The notes beneath the pieces are model-generated. The model saw only the letters and a list, made by a program, of their open reading frames with translations. It did not search any database and was not told the DNA's origin. From Euglena gracilis (taxonomy: Eukaryota), in assembly GCA_039621445.1 (NCBI GenBank), contig CP154954.1:23758954-23822953 (forward strand): DNA of 64,000 bases, read 5' to 3'. This document shows positions 28,845 to 45,400 of the stretch, one piece after another (positions within the stretch are counted from its first letter, which is position 1; every line of letters starts with the position of its first letter). The translations under genes and the position numbers were made by a program.

Positions 28845-29305
28845 CAGGGTTCGATATAAGGGGGGGGGGGGGGGGGGGGGGTGGGGAGGGGGGGGGGGGG
28901 GTGGGGGGGGGGGGGGGGGGGGGTGGGGGGGGGGGGGGGTGGGGGGGGGGGTGGGGGTTTGGGGGGAGGGCGTTACGGGTACCAAGCACGCGCGGGCACC
29001 GCATGCATCACCCCTCCCACTGGGCGAAGGCGATGCCAGCAAGAGAAACATGCAACGGGCTGCAGGAAAAGGGAAGGGTTGGTGGTTGCATGCCACACGC
29101 GTTATGGGTTTTGGGGGTTAGGTTTGTCCCAGGAATCCAGCCAATGCTTTGGAGGTGAAGAGAATGATCGGCCTCACTAAAAACGAAACCCCATCCGGAA
29201 ATTAAAGAAGGGTGGGGGGGGGGGGGTCCGGACCCCCCCTGCGGGCCGGGGGGGGGGACACCCCCCCCACCTAAACCATGTACGCCCTCCTTATATCGAA
29301 CCCTG
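28845..29305. mobile_element. hAT-like MITE with perfect 8-bp TSD, containing a copy of neighbouring host DNA
   Basis: TIR CAGGGTTCGATATAAGG / CCTTATATCGAACCCTG and TSD CCCCTTCC at 28837-28844 and 29306-29313. Interior ~28976-29206 resembles 28388-28612. Confidence 0.85.
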
Positions 29306-30232
29306 CCCCTTCCCCTTCCCCAAGGTGATCTACCAGCAGTTACCGGAGGACCCCGCGACCTTTCCAGGCATGGAGCCCCACCGCCCTGCAGACGACACCC
29401 TTTTCAGATAAAGACATACACCGGTGTCTTGGTGAGTGCTTCCGCATCATGATTTCATCTTTTAAGGATTGAAGGTTCAGAATGAGGGGGTTTCAGAGTT
29501 TGACGGCGAGGACAACTCAGGTATCATGTTGCCCAACAGGAGGGATCTGTGGTGGCGGAAAAGGCTACGACCGGCAACAGTGGTCTCGATCAGGCCCCCT
29601 TTTTCTTAAAGAGAAGGAGGCTTGCAATTGTAATTGTAATGTGGAAGACCAGATTGCAAACGATCGACAAACAAAGACGATTGCAAGGATATGAGAATGA
29701 TATAAGGAGGGGGATCTCTCCTTGACTGCAGGAGGGGGGGGCATACCACCCCCTCACCTGTTAAGGGGGTCTCGGTCGGACCCCAAAGGGGTACTGGACC
29801 CCACAAAGAGGTCAAAATTTTTCCGGTACTTCACGGGAAAGAAAAACTTTTGGCAATTCTGACAAACTTTTTCTTGAAAAGTGTCCGAAATGGCACCGTG
29901 GGTCCATTTTGGCGGGCAAGGTCCAGTGCAAGACCATTTTCGCCGCGCCACTGTTTAGGTTGGGGGGGTGTTTTTTCTGGCTCTGAAACACATCCAAACA
30001 TTTTGACATACTTTTGATGCTGGAGTTTCCCTGGACGAGGCTGACCCTGCACGTTGTACCCCTGGGCGACTGTCTCAAAACCTGAAGGGGTTACCTCCCC
30101 CCTATGCCCAATGAACAGGGGGTCCGGACCGTCCAGTTTGTCACTTTTACAGCAATACAAATGCCCTCACAACCTATGCCCAATGAACGTCACAAACCGT
30201 GCACGCCGAGACGAAGTGAAGCGCAGCCGCCC

Positions 30233-34013
<3,781 letters not shown>

Positions 34014-35223
34014 CTCAGGCGCCCGGGGGCAACGGCATATGGCGAGTGGGCTGTGAGCCGCGGATCAATATTTGCCCCGCACTTCCGGCGGCGTTCCATT
34101 CTCATTAAAACTGATCACCCAGTGCAGTGCCTGCCTGCCTCCACCTCCCCACGACTGAAGGACTCCTTCTGGCATTCAGGAGAAGGAGAGTGCTGGAGTC
34201 GTAGGTGAGCGGGCAGAGAGGTGCGTTGAAGCATAAACATCATACGCCTTTCGAGGTCAGTGCTGCTGGTCACGAAACAAGAACCAATGCTGCCAAGACA
34301 TTATTTTTCCGTGTAGGCTGATGCGTACCCTCCCAGCTTCAGTGCCAAAAGTCATTTGGGCCACAAATGACCGTAAACAGAACCCTGAGCTCACCACCCA
34401 CCCCACGTGCCCATGAAAGGAGATGGGTAGATGGATGACCCCTGCCAAACTTTTTTAAAAAAAACTAAAAAAAACTATAAACATGCCATTCTTTCTATCC
34501 TTTGTGAATGAGCAACTGACAGCACCATGTTGCAACCGAAGAATACCATCTTTTAAAAAACTTCGACACTTCGAATATCAATATAAAAAAACGCTGAATT
34601 TGTGTGCCATTTTCCTGGGCATTCCCCTTCTGATATCTGGCAATTTATTCAAAATCAACAGCATTGTGACTTGCCCGAATCCAGGGGATATGCGGGCCCA
34701 AATACTTGCTCTGGATCAGAGAAGGGACCTTGGGGGCCATACCAAAACTTTTGAAGGGTAGAATAACCTCGGAGTCGTCATTCTCACTAGCGCTTCCGAG
34801 GAAGGAAGGGGAGGAAGCTTGCACCTGTAGCCTAACCGCAGTTGCAGAGGGCAAAAGAGCCGAGCATGAGCCGAGGGAAGGTTGCATGGGAGGGACCAGC
34901 CAGACTGGCTCCCTTGCCCCAGACGGGCCCCCACCAGTCCCTGCCGCCCCGGGACGGCGGTCGGGTCGTCTCGAATGAGGGGATTGGTGGCGCCACACCG
35001 TGCACCACACCCCGTACTGCGGTGGCACAGCGCTGGGGGTGGGGCAGGAAGCCACCAGACAGAAATATATGTCAAAATGCAGCTGTACAGCCAAACGACG
35101 TTGTGAGGCAAGTTTGGGACAGAAATGCCCGTCTCTGATTTAGGCCTCAATGCTCACACTGCATGTCAATTGATGACTTCACGGGCCTTCCGGGTCGAAG
35201 GTCCAAAGCTGCCCCGGCTGTGC

Positions 35224-38200
35224 TTAGGCTGCGGTCAAAAAGAAGTTGGCCGCGACAGGCTTCAGGGAGGGGTTGGCCTTCAGAAACTCGGGGAAATTCC
35301 AGCGGGCCCGGTCGTTCTTCACGTGCTTGACCGGGGCGGTCTGCTGGAATACCAACGCAGGGCCAACGTGAGGGGTGGCCCGCCCGCCAACACGGGTCGA
35401 CCCAACTCCACCGCAACGGGGTGACCGGAAAATGAAGGGCAAAAAAAGAAAAATGAATAAAATATAAATATATAAAAAAATTATGGAATGAAAAAAATAT
35501 AAATATACAGAATGAATGGCAATACCTGCCGCTTCAAGAGGTCCATTTTGAATGTCTGTCCCATGCATTTTACCGCCAACATTTCACCTCTCCCGGGGCC
35601 ATTGTTGCCCTTCATCTCTGCGCCAGTCCTTTTTAACCCCCAACTTATGCAGTGGACGAGCATCAGGACCGCGAAAAAATCTCGTTCCAAAATGATGTCT
35701 CGAATTGACTTTCAATGCTCACACAGTTCAATTTCAGTACACACATAAATGTATGGCGGATGACGTTTTGATGGGCCCCGCGGGTAAGACAAAGATGTAG
35801 CGGTGATTGCCAGACGGTGGGGCTGGGCCCATGTGACCTACAGCCACGCAGCTGCTGGCGATGGAACTGATGGCCGCGGTCAACCTCGCCCGGGGGCCCA
35901 AACGTCCCCCCTCCGGCTCAGCAAGATGGGGGGTTGGGGGGGGGCTGTCAAAACTCAAAGCACCCCAAATCACCTCCAGACACTTGGACTTGTTTATTGT
36001 TGTGGTTGTCAGGGTTTGTGGGGTTTTGTCAGGATTTGTTGGCATTTCTCAAGACCAGCGCTATTGCTGAGGACCCCGGGGGAGACCAAAAACGCCACTA
36101 GACCCTTCGGGGTCCTGTGGTCCCCCCAACTGGAGAAAAAAAGCTTTTGGCACTGTGTCGAGGTGGGAATGGGGTTCAAAACATTTTTTTTGGGCTGATC
36201 TTGCTCCAGAAAATCCCAAGAAATGCCAAAAAAACAGGCATTTTGGCAGGGTTTTGGAAGTCAAAAAATCCCTCCAAAATTGGACAAGCAGTAGTCAAGC
36301 CCCCCCCCCCCCTGGGTGGGGTAGTGCAAACCCTTAAATGGAAACGTGCTTGGCGTTTGCTGGGATTTGTCGGGGTTTGTCGGGAGTTGCTATGCATTAT
36401 TCATCGGCATTTGTTGGGATTTGCCGCTGGAGGTGCTTGCGATTCCCCATCACGCTGCGCCAGCCGCGGCGTGCCCACCGCCTCCGACCCGCTGGCGGCA
36501 CTGCCCACCGCGTCGGTCACCAGCCAGTGCAGCCAGGGGCCCATCCGGCCTGGCCCGCTGCCGTCCCCCTCCGGCGCCGGCGCGTCGAATGCGCCGGGGG
36601 ACCCGCCAGGCTGAGCCGCCAGCAATGGGCCCTTCAGGTCGAGCTGTCCCCAGCCGGTCAAAAAATGAGAAAAATTGGAAAATCACGATTTATGTGCCAA
36701 AAAGAAAAAACTTGCTGAATAAAAGCGAAGAAAAATGTGCCAAAAATGCGAAAATATGAGCACTTTTGGAAAAATCGAAAAAATGTGCCAAAATTTGAAA
36801 AAAAATGCGAAACACATTTCCCTCTCTGCTTTAAAGCAGCATTTGACAGAAAAGCGTCATTTGCTGCGTAAAAGAAATGTCCCTGTGCTTGTTTTAAAAA
36901 AAAATCTTTTGCTGAGTCTACGAGTCTAAATGACCTAAAAAATATCACCAAGGTCATGATCAAATCTTTCAGATTGTATTCTGAAAAATGTCCAACCCGT
37001 GACTTTTGCACTGAGGATATAAACTGTGCCGAGGGAAAGGGAATCACGCCCTGTGGCATGCCTGTACACGTGCTGGAAACGGAGTGGGGCGGACCGCCGA
37101 CCACACAGAACCTCCAGCAAATCTGCCTCGCAGATGGACAGGGGAGGGTCCGCCAGCGGCCGGGGTCGACGTACACGAGGGTGCACGGGCCCAGGGAGGG
37201 GTCCCACGTGGCCTCCGGGGTCTCCTGGAGGAAGCGGTCGACAGCCTTCCGGAACTGGGTGCCCGGGGCCAGCCGCCTCCTCTGGTCCTCTGGTCCCCTT
37301 CCCCAAATAATCGGGTAGGGCCCAAATAATCGGCAGGGGGCCCGGCAAACAGATGGTTCCAGTCACCGGGCGCAGCGCCAGGTTTTTGGAGGGGGGGGGT
37401 CAGGCACGGGCACTGGGATGCGCTTCCCAATGATGCGGCTTTAGCTGCTTCAGAGATATCAAGGCAGGTCCTTTTTGCCGTTCTTATTTCAGAAATAATA
37501 ATTTTCTGGATTTGCATTGCAGAGTTTCCTGTGTTTAACCTGCCTTAATCTTTTCGTTCTTTTCGCCTTCGTTTTTTTCCCTAAAAAGAAATGAGTTCCG
37601 CTTGTCTGTTATCCTTGATTACTCCACCATAATTGCACATGCCATTTTATTAAAAAAAATATTGTATGTTATGTTACACTGTGTTATGTTATATTATGTT
37701 ATGTGTGTTATGTTATAGATATTACAACGAGCATGAAGATCCAGCCATTCTGAGCAGAAAAATGGCTCAAATTCAATGCATTTTGGCCAAATCTTTTTTA
37801 AACAAATTTCTGCCCAGTTTCGATCGTTTCTGGGGTGTTCGGAAAACAAATCTAACTCCAACAAAATCAGGCACTTTCAGCAATGCCGTCCCTGATCTCA
37901 AAGGAGGAGCAGTATACCCGTCGACAATATCCCCCCATACAAAAAAAAAACAGGTATGCAACAAAACAAAAACACAACATGCAAAAGGTGCAAAATTTTT
38001 TGCAAAAAACCCACATAAAACACCTTATGAGACAACCATGGAGACTCCAGAAGACTCCCAGAAGAGTTACAATGAGCCACCCTAGAAATATTGAGACGGA
38101 AAGCCAACCAACCATTTGGACCGCCCAGATCAATCGCAAGTTTGAGGGAAGCCTTTCCACAAACCTCAGAGTTTGAACCACATTTCCCTTTTTCTAAAAA

Positions 38201-38306
38201 CGGGGAGGGCGCTGCCCGGAGCGATGGCAGTCTTGCCGAAGGTCAAGGCCAGCGTCGGCAGTCCCTTCGGGATCCCAAGTGCAGCCAAGTACGTCTCAGC
38301 GTGCAT
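35224..38306 (-). CDS. phosphatidylethanolamine-binding protein (PEBP/RKIP family), 5 exons, ~160 aa
   Basis: Exons 38306-38218, 37264-37162, 36586-36477, 35839-35786 and 35350-35224 join in frame (483 nt). Motifs: CTLVYVDPDAP, WLHWLVTD, MGPAPPSGNHRYIFVLFQQ, RARWNF..F..PVAANFF. All four introns are non-GT-AG. Confidence 0.92.
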
Positions 38307-38312
38307 ATTGGT

Positions 38313-38330
38313 CTGGAGAGAGGGGGTGAG
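38313..38330 (-). promoter_or_regulatory. candidate spliced-leader trans-splice acceptor of PEBP
   Basis: The minus strand reads CTCACCCCCTCTCTCCAG|ACCAAT-ATG: a pyrimidine tract plus AG 6 nt before the start codon. SL trans-splicing is established in euglenozoans. Confidence 0.5.
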
Positions 38331-38957
38331 ATTGAGGCATTTGCAGGTTAGTCCAGACCTTCGGTAGCTGGTTGTGTACATGCCATTCTTAAAAAGCAAT
38401 ACAAGTTTAAACTCATTAATTAATTAATGAGTTTATGAACTCATTGATCATTAATAAGTCAAGATTTGAGGTCATTATGAGATTCTTTGAGTCGATTCAG
38501 AAATGCCATTATGATCCTTGCCCATTTCACATTCGACACAACTGCGAGCGACTCGGTTCAAAAATCCGAAAATATTTTTGGAAAGGAGGTTGCAGCATTG
38601 ACGTGTCCATCCTCGGCCCCTGCCATGGCATTAGGGGATCGGCGACCCGATCCATTTCCTGTTTTGTGATTATTGCAAACTTAATCAAGCTTTCGGTCCA
38701 GAAATCAGACCCAAAAAAGTTCGCAGCGTGAGCGGTTGAGAAACATCTTTGCTGCACACCTTGAAGTCTGGGAGACTTTGCTTATGGTTACAACATTGCT
38801 TTGATCAGCCCATATTGAAATACACTGATCAGATTTATTATTATATTATATATCAGCCTATATATTATACATACAAACTTTATTTTCTGAGAACTCTGTG
38901 TGTGCACGACTGTGACATATTTCTTTGTACAAAGTCCATACCCAGAGATATTTTTAA

Positions 38958-39935
38958 GGTTAACGCAACCCCCCCCCCCATTTAAAGGCGCATTGCCCAA
39001 ATGGTGTGCAATGGTGTCCAAATAAATGTAACACGAGTGTCCGAAAGTCAAATGTGCGGGAAAAAAAAGCCTTTTCACATTGAACCGAATTTGGGCAATG
39101 CCCAAATAAATATTACACCCCGGGTCCGAAGCTTCGGTCCCATAATGTGCGCACCCGGTGAACTTAACTGGGGGGGTTTAATGACCTGGGGCCGTCCCCA
39201 GGAGGGATGGGAGGCGAGCTGGGACAGGGGTTTTCTCAAGGACTCCGGGGGGGGGGGGGTCCCATGCCCCCCCCCCCCCCCCCGGGGTGCCAGGGGGGAG
39301 TCCGGCCGGCTGGCTGGGAGCTGGGACCTGCGGGTACCCAAAAAAAATGCTCCCAACAGCCCAAATCCAACTGGGTTGGCATTTTCTCAGCCAAACCTTG
39401 GAGATGAAAAACCAAAAACCACCCGAAAATGCCATCTCTTGGCGATCTTTGACCCATTTTTTTGACCCGCTTTTCAAAAAACTTAGGCGCTTTGTGCCAG
39501 GTTGGCTCTGGGAGGTGCTGGCTGGAAAAAAGGTGTTGGTTGGCTGGACCCCCGGGGGGGGGGTAGGGTCCCCACCGGCTTAAGAAATCCCCTGGCAGGG
39601 TATCACATGAGAGGGGGGGGAGGGAGGGGGATTGTTCTCACCACTCCTGGATGTCCAGAGCCCTGCCCCTGTACAAAACAAAAGCTCACTTAATTCCCCG
39701 GGGCGAAATGGGTCCCCCCCCCATTTAAGTGCGCGGTGCCCAAATGGTGCGCAGTCCCCAAATAAATGTCACACCCCCGAGGGCCCGAAAGTGAAGTCCA
39801 AAAAAGTGCGCACCCTGCCGCAAGTCCACTTTTCAATGAAACGCCTTCGGGCAGTGCTTAAATAAATGTCACTGACAGTCTGAAACTACGGTCCAATGTG
39901 CGCACCCCATGCACTTCAATGGGGGGGTTAACTTT
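38958..39935. repeat. two related short elements (~38958-39181 and ~39712-39932) sharing CCCCCCCATTTAA...GCCCAAATGGTG...CAAATAAATGT..CAC
   Basis: Shared motifs and GGGGGGGTT(T)AA ends; probable MITE family. Confidence 0.5.
39225..39594. mobile_element. hAT-like MITE, GCTGGAAAAA family (relatives at 60214-60669 and ~27150-27450)
   Basis: TIR CAGGGGTTTTCTCAAG / CTTAAGAAATCCCCTG with a degenerate TSD. Internal motifs (AATCC.CTGG.TTG, GCTGGAAAAAAGG) are shared with the other copies. Confidence 0.7.
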
Positions 39936-40108
39936 GGCACTGGAGATATGTGCCACCGTTCCCCCCAAAAAACTAGTGATTAGCAGCGTCTTTCTGATTC
40001 GGGCTTCAGGACACCGAAACCAACACAGGAAGAAGGCAACGAAATGCAGTGCACAGAGCCAGGACATCATTTCCGAAGTGCGACCACAGAGAAGGTTGCA
40101 CTCGGCAG

Positions 40109-42330
40109 TTACGAGGCTGAGAGCGGATGGCGGAGGATGGGGAATTCAGTCATTGGGATTGGCAGGGCTTTTGCAGGAAAAACAAAAAAAAAAAAAAAAA
40201 AAAAAACAAAAAAAACCCCCCCCCCCCCTCCCTTTTTTTTTTTTTTGTTCTGTCTGTGTGGGCCTGGGGGGGGATCGACCCCCCACCTGGGAGGTGGGAA
40301 GGCCCCCACCCAGCACAGCACCGGGCAAAATTTTTTTTCGACCTTTGGGGGGTCGGACCCCCCCCCCCCCTACCCATCCACCAGGATGAAGGTGGGGGGT
40401 GACCCCCCCCCCCACCACCACCACCCACAGGGGTTCCAGGATGCCCGCACAGCCCCGGGGACGGGGCGGCCAGCGCCGCCCGGAAGAACTGCAGCGTCAC
40501 GCGGTCCGCCCAGTTGGCGCCGAGCGGCCACCAGCCCTCGAGCCACGCGATGTGCCCCCCGCAGCGGGTGGTCACCATGGCGACGTGTTGGCCGCAGCGG
40601 CGGGGGGGGGGGGGGGGGGGGGGCTCAAAAGTCTCAACCCTGCCGAGCCATTCGGACACTGTCTGTGGTGGAATGGAGTTCGGGAAAAAGTTGGGGGCCA
40701 TGAAAAGCCCCGCTGCATTTGCTGCAAGCAGGAAGATAATGGAGGCCAGGCATAGTGGGGTGCTGGAAAAGAAAGATGGAAAAGAGATAATCACAATTTC
40801 GACTTGATGGCCTGCTTCGCACAACACATTTTCCAGGGGGTATCCTTTTTTTTTATTTGTTTCATTTTCTTGTGTACGTTGGGAGAGGGCAATCTCCCAG
40901 CATCCAAAGGGTGGTTGCTATTGAAGGCTCAATATCGACTGTTTTGTGTTTTTGCAAGCATCTTGTTTCATTTTTGGGCCGCCATTCTTTTTACCACTTT
41001 GCTTTTTACCAGCTTGCCCCTGCCGCTGGTCCAGAGGCGAGCGCCGCATAAGCTGGGTCGGCGGGGGCAATGGGGTCGTCCTCCGCGTTGACGCACAGCA
41101 GGGGGGTCTCTACCATGGAGAGCTTGGACAGGGATGAAGCGGCCCTGGGGGGGGGGGCAACGGCGGACTGACCGATCGGGTCGGGCTGACCCAACCGAAC
41201 GACCCAGCCGAGTCGGGTGGGCTGGACTGACTGGGTGGGTTGGACTGGCTGATTGCGGCCAACGTCATGAATTTCAAGAGGTGTTTTTTTGGATTCACGG
41301 CCCATTGTCTGGTTTGGAATCTGCACACCGAAAGGACAAAGCTTCTTTTAAGATCCAGTTCTGGCATATCCTGATGTCTTGCACACATTTGCAAAAAAAA
41401 CAACCAAAGAAATGAAGAAAACAAACAATGAAAAATGACACACCCAAAAAAAAAAACAGCATGCAATCTTGCCTGGCAGCAGGGTTGGTGGTGTACTGAA
41501 TTTCCATTCTGCAAAAAATTAAGGCGTCACGTTTGTTCAATACAGACGAATTTGCAACTTCGAGTTATCGGGATAGATATGAAGCTCAAGAAAAGGAGAA
41601 AGTGGAAGAAATTTATCAGAATGACTAAATTCCAAAAAATGAGGCCTAAAATGATGAAAAAATCAAAACCATGCAAAAAATGAAAGTTTTCAAGATATTG
41701 GGGCGGCGGATAATTGGAAATTGGGAGATGATTCTGTACGGACCACAGAAATTCAGTCAGGGGAGGAGGCACCGGTAATACGCCTCTGCATCAGCAAATC
41801 CAAAGGCCGGGGCGGTGAGGCGGTGGTCGAACTCCCACACAGTGCGGCAATGCTTTTCGGCGGACGTGTCCATCACCTCCCGCACCTGCACCAGAGCCAG
41901 GGCGGTCCTTCAGCATTAAAAAAAAAAACGCATTCAATGAAATACCCACCCAAAACCTGGCCGAAAAAATCGACAGATCGACACTGGGAAAAAACTTTTT
42001 GGCATCCAGGCACCTTGCCCACATCCTCAGACTTGGCCCACTCAAAACGCAAAACAAAAGCTCATTGGACGGCCCTCGGGCGAAAGAGCAGTGCTTAAAA
42101 GGCAGTCCTTAACAAAAAAAATCCTCTTGTCCCATGGCAAAGCATCTAGCCAAGAGGTTCTTTCCAAAGTTGGACCTCAGAAAACTTTGCTCGTTAAATC
42201 AAAACAAACCACTGCAACACAGACACAGACACAACGCACACACGCACGTACACATGCACCCACACAGCGGGCACAGACACAGGCACACACACAGGCACAC
42301 AACACACACTACACACACACACCACACACA

Positions 42331-42405
<75 letters not shown>

Positions 42406-45400
42406 CACACACACACTGACCACCCTCCCGTTCTGGGCCTTCAATCAACCATTCTGGGACCGACCGTCTCACATTGCACACCATCTCACTGTGGCGGCGG
42501 ACGTACCGCTGCAGGCGGCGCACGATGGCGGTGCTATAGAGCAGGCGGCTGAGGCCGGTGTCCAGCAGGCGGCCGCAGCGGAGCGTGTCCAGCGGGTTGG
42601 CGAGGGACACCGCCGCCCGCAGCGGGGACTGCATGGCCACAACCAGGGGATGGGGCGTGGGGTGGAGCCCAAACCCACGCTGCACAGCCTTGTTGAGGTG
42701 GGTGCTTCTTTCCACTTGCCGGGTGCCACTCGAACCCCAACCCCCAACCTTTTGGAAGCTTTTGGAAAAACTTTAAATCCTCAAAAAAAATGCACAAACC
42801 GCATGCAAAAATGGGAAAGTTGCAACTTGCGAAAAGAATGCAATAAACGCAAACTGCGAGAATGCGCTCTGTGTGTTTCCCACCTGCCCCGTCGCAAAAA
42901 TGCAGAAAGTGGGCATTTCTCGTGTCCAATGCTGGCTGTTAGAGCCCAAATGTATTGCGTCCAGGAAAATTCCCCTCAGTTGAGGTTCGGGATAATGACA
43001 GGTGGGGGGTCCGGACCCCCTTCCCTCGTTAAAGGAGGGGGGAATGGGCGGAAAAGCCCCCACCAACAGGGCATACAAGGGGGGCATTTGCAAGCCCAGC
43101 CTTGAAATAAATGCGCAAAGATGCACAAAAAAATGGACAAAAACATGAGCCCTTTTGGAAAATAAGCGCAAAAATGTGCAGAATTTGAGAGAGAAAAAGT
43201 GCAAAAATCACGAAAATGCAAAAACGACCCAAAAACACGCAACAGGGATTCCCACAATTTCGTGCTGATCAGTCTTGATTCTGATTCATGATTATTCGTG
43301 ATTGTTCATGTTGAGTCACTAAATGAAAATGCGCATCTGCGCATTCTGAAAGCGGAGTGCATGTGTACATTCCGATGTTTCTTCCAGGGTGAAAACACCT
43401 CAAAACTGTGTTGTTTAAATACAATATGACCACACGGCCCCTCATTTTCTGGTTAAGCCGTTTCATGTGTCATGCCGTTTGCAGCTGATTCGTGACGACT
43501 GTGGTGCAGTGCGTGGCTGAACAACCACTTGGACAGCTCTTCATGGCATGTGGAACAACCTCGACCTGGTTTTATCACCATGCGTTCACTGATGCGTGCT
43601 GATGGTTCCTGGCGGCAGGGCCTGGAGAATTGGGGTGAGTGTGGGAAAGAACTCCTTGCAGCCATAGACAGACACGCAGCCCTGCCAGAGGCAAGACAAC
43701 AAGGGTGACAACGGAGTCCCAAGCCCGGAAAATGCGCACCTGCGCATTTTTTAAAAAAACTCAAGAAAATGCACAGGTGATCATTTTTGGAATGGACACG
43801 CAGGCTCCACCAGCGCCACCCCCCCCCTTTGCCTGACTCTGAAACCACACGGCTTGGGTTTGCACATCCCTGCAAGGATCGAATAGCCTTTTCGATACCT
43901 TGGGCCGGGAGGTACTGAGAACTCTTAAACAGAAGCCTGCCCCAGTGAGCAAGCCAATCCAATTCCATTGGTGTGGCTGGTGACAATTCAAAAAATCCTA
44001 AGGAAGAAACTTGTCCATGATTTTTTTATAATTATATTATTTCACCCAAAAAATATGTCTGTGTGTGTCTGTGTGGTAATTCCCCATTTTTCTCCCGATG
44101 CCGAGGTGAGAACCACTCACATGGGTCAACATTTGCAATGCTGTGTATGGTAGACATTGTAACTCATATTTAACAATGAATGTGATACTTTTTTGAACAA
44201 AGGTCCGTATATATTCCTTGAGCATTTGAAATAATCTGCAAATGCCTGGGTTACAGTCGTCCACCCAGATCAAAAGAATATCTATGACGACTTTCTGGCC
44301 CCCTTTTTTGACCATTTGCCAGAGGTCCCTCGTCATGTGCATACATGCAGGGCAGATTGGATGAACTGGGGGGAGGGGCTGACAACTTGGCTACTTTGAG
44401 GGGATGCCTCATGGGCGCAATTTCCCAGGGTGCAAACATCAAAATTGTGGAAATTTCTAAAAATCGCAACAATCACTATTTTTGGGGGGTGACTGGTGGT
44501 TCCTCCAGTTGGTTGGGGGGTGACTGGTGTTACAGATGTTGGTAGGAGGATGCTCTAGAGCAATACCTCAGGTGGCTCGGGGGCGCTCGAGGATCTGGTC
44601 TCCATGCCCCTATGCTCTAGAGCATCCTCGAGTGTCGCTCGAGGTCGCTCGATGCTCTTTGAGCATCCTCGAGTGTACCTTTTATGCAACTCTGCTTTGC
44701 CGCTCTCGAAGGGAGGATGCTCTGAGCATCCTCGAGCGCCCCGTCGCCCACTTTTTGCTACTTTTGGCTATCTTTGGTTGCTCTTGAGCACTGTGACGTG
44801 CTTTTGAACCCTTATGAACTGCCACATTGCTGCGCATTTTGTTACCATTTTGACTGCTTCTTGACCACTTTTACTGCATTGGCCCACTTTTGCCCATTTC
44901 CAACCACCTTGCGGCTTTGTTTCTCCTTTTGCTTAGCTTTTTGAGGACTTTAAATAACTTTGCCTGCTTTTTTCCCACTTTTTGACAACTTGTTTGCTGA
45001 GTTTTTTGACGCACTTCTGTGCCACGTGTTGCGAGGTTGCACCCAACTTTTGGCCATTGGCTGCTTTTTGATCGCTTTCTGCTTTTTAACAAACCCCTGT
45101 TTGTCGTTGTGATATCCCCCCTTTGCCCACTTTGCCTGTTCTTGACCACTTTTTGCTGCTTTCCCACTTTTCCCCCACTTTGCCTGCTTTTTGACCATTT
45201 TTTGACCACTTTTTGCGGTTTGCCAGCACAAGATGTGGTGTGTTCCAGGCGTTAGTGAGATGGAAACATCCGAGTGCAAGTTGCAAGCCGTTTGCGGGGG
45301 GACCAAACCTTCTGTTGTGCTGAGGGTGGAGGGCACAAAAAACAAAACCCTGCATTGCAACGGGGTTGTCTACCAAACACCCCGCCCAGACAGCAGGCTG

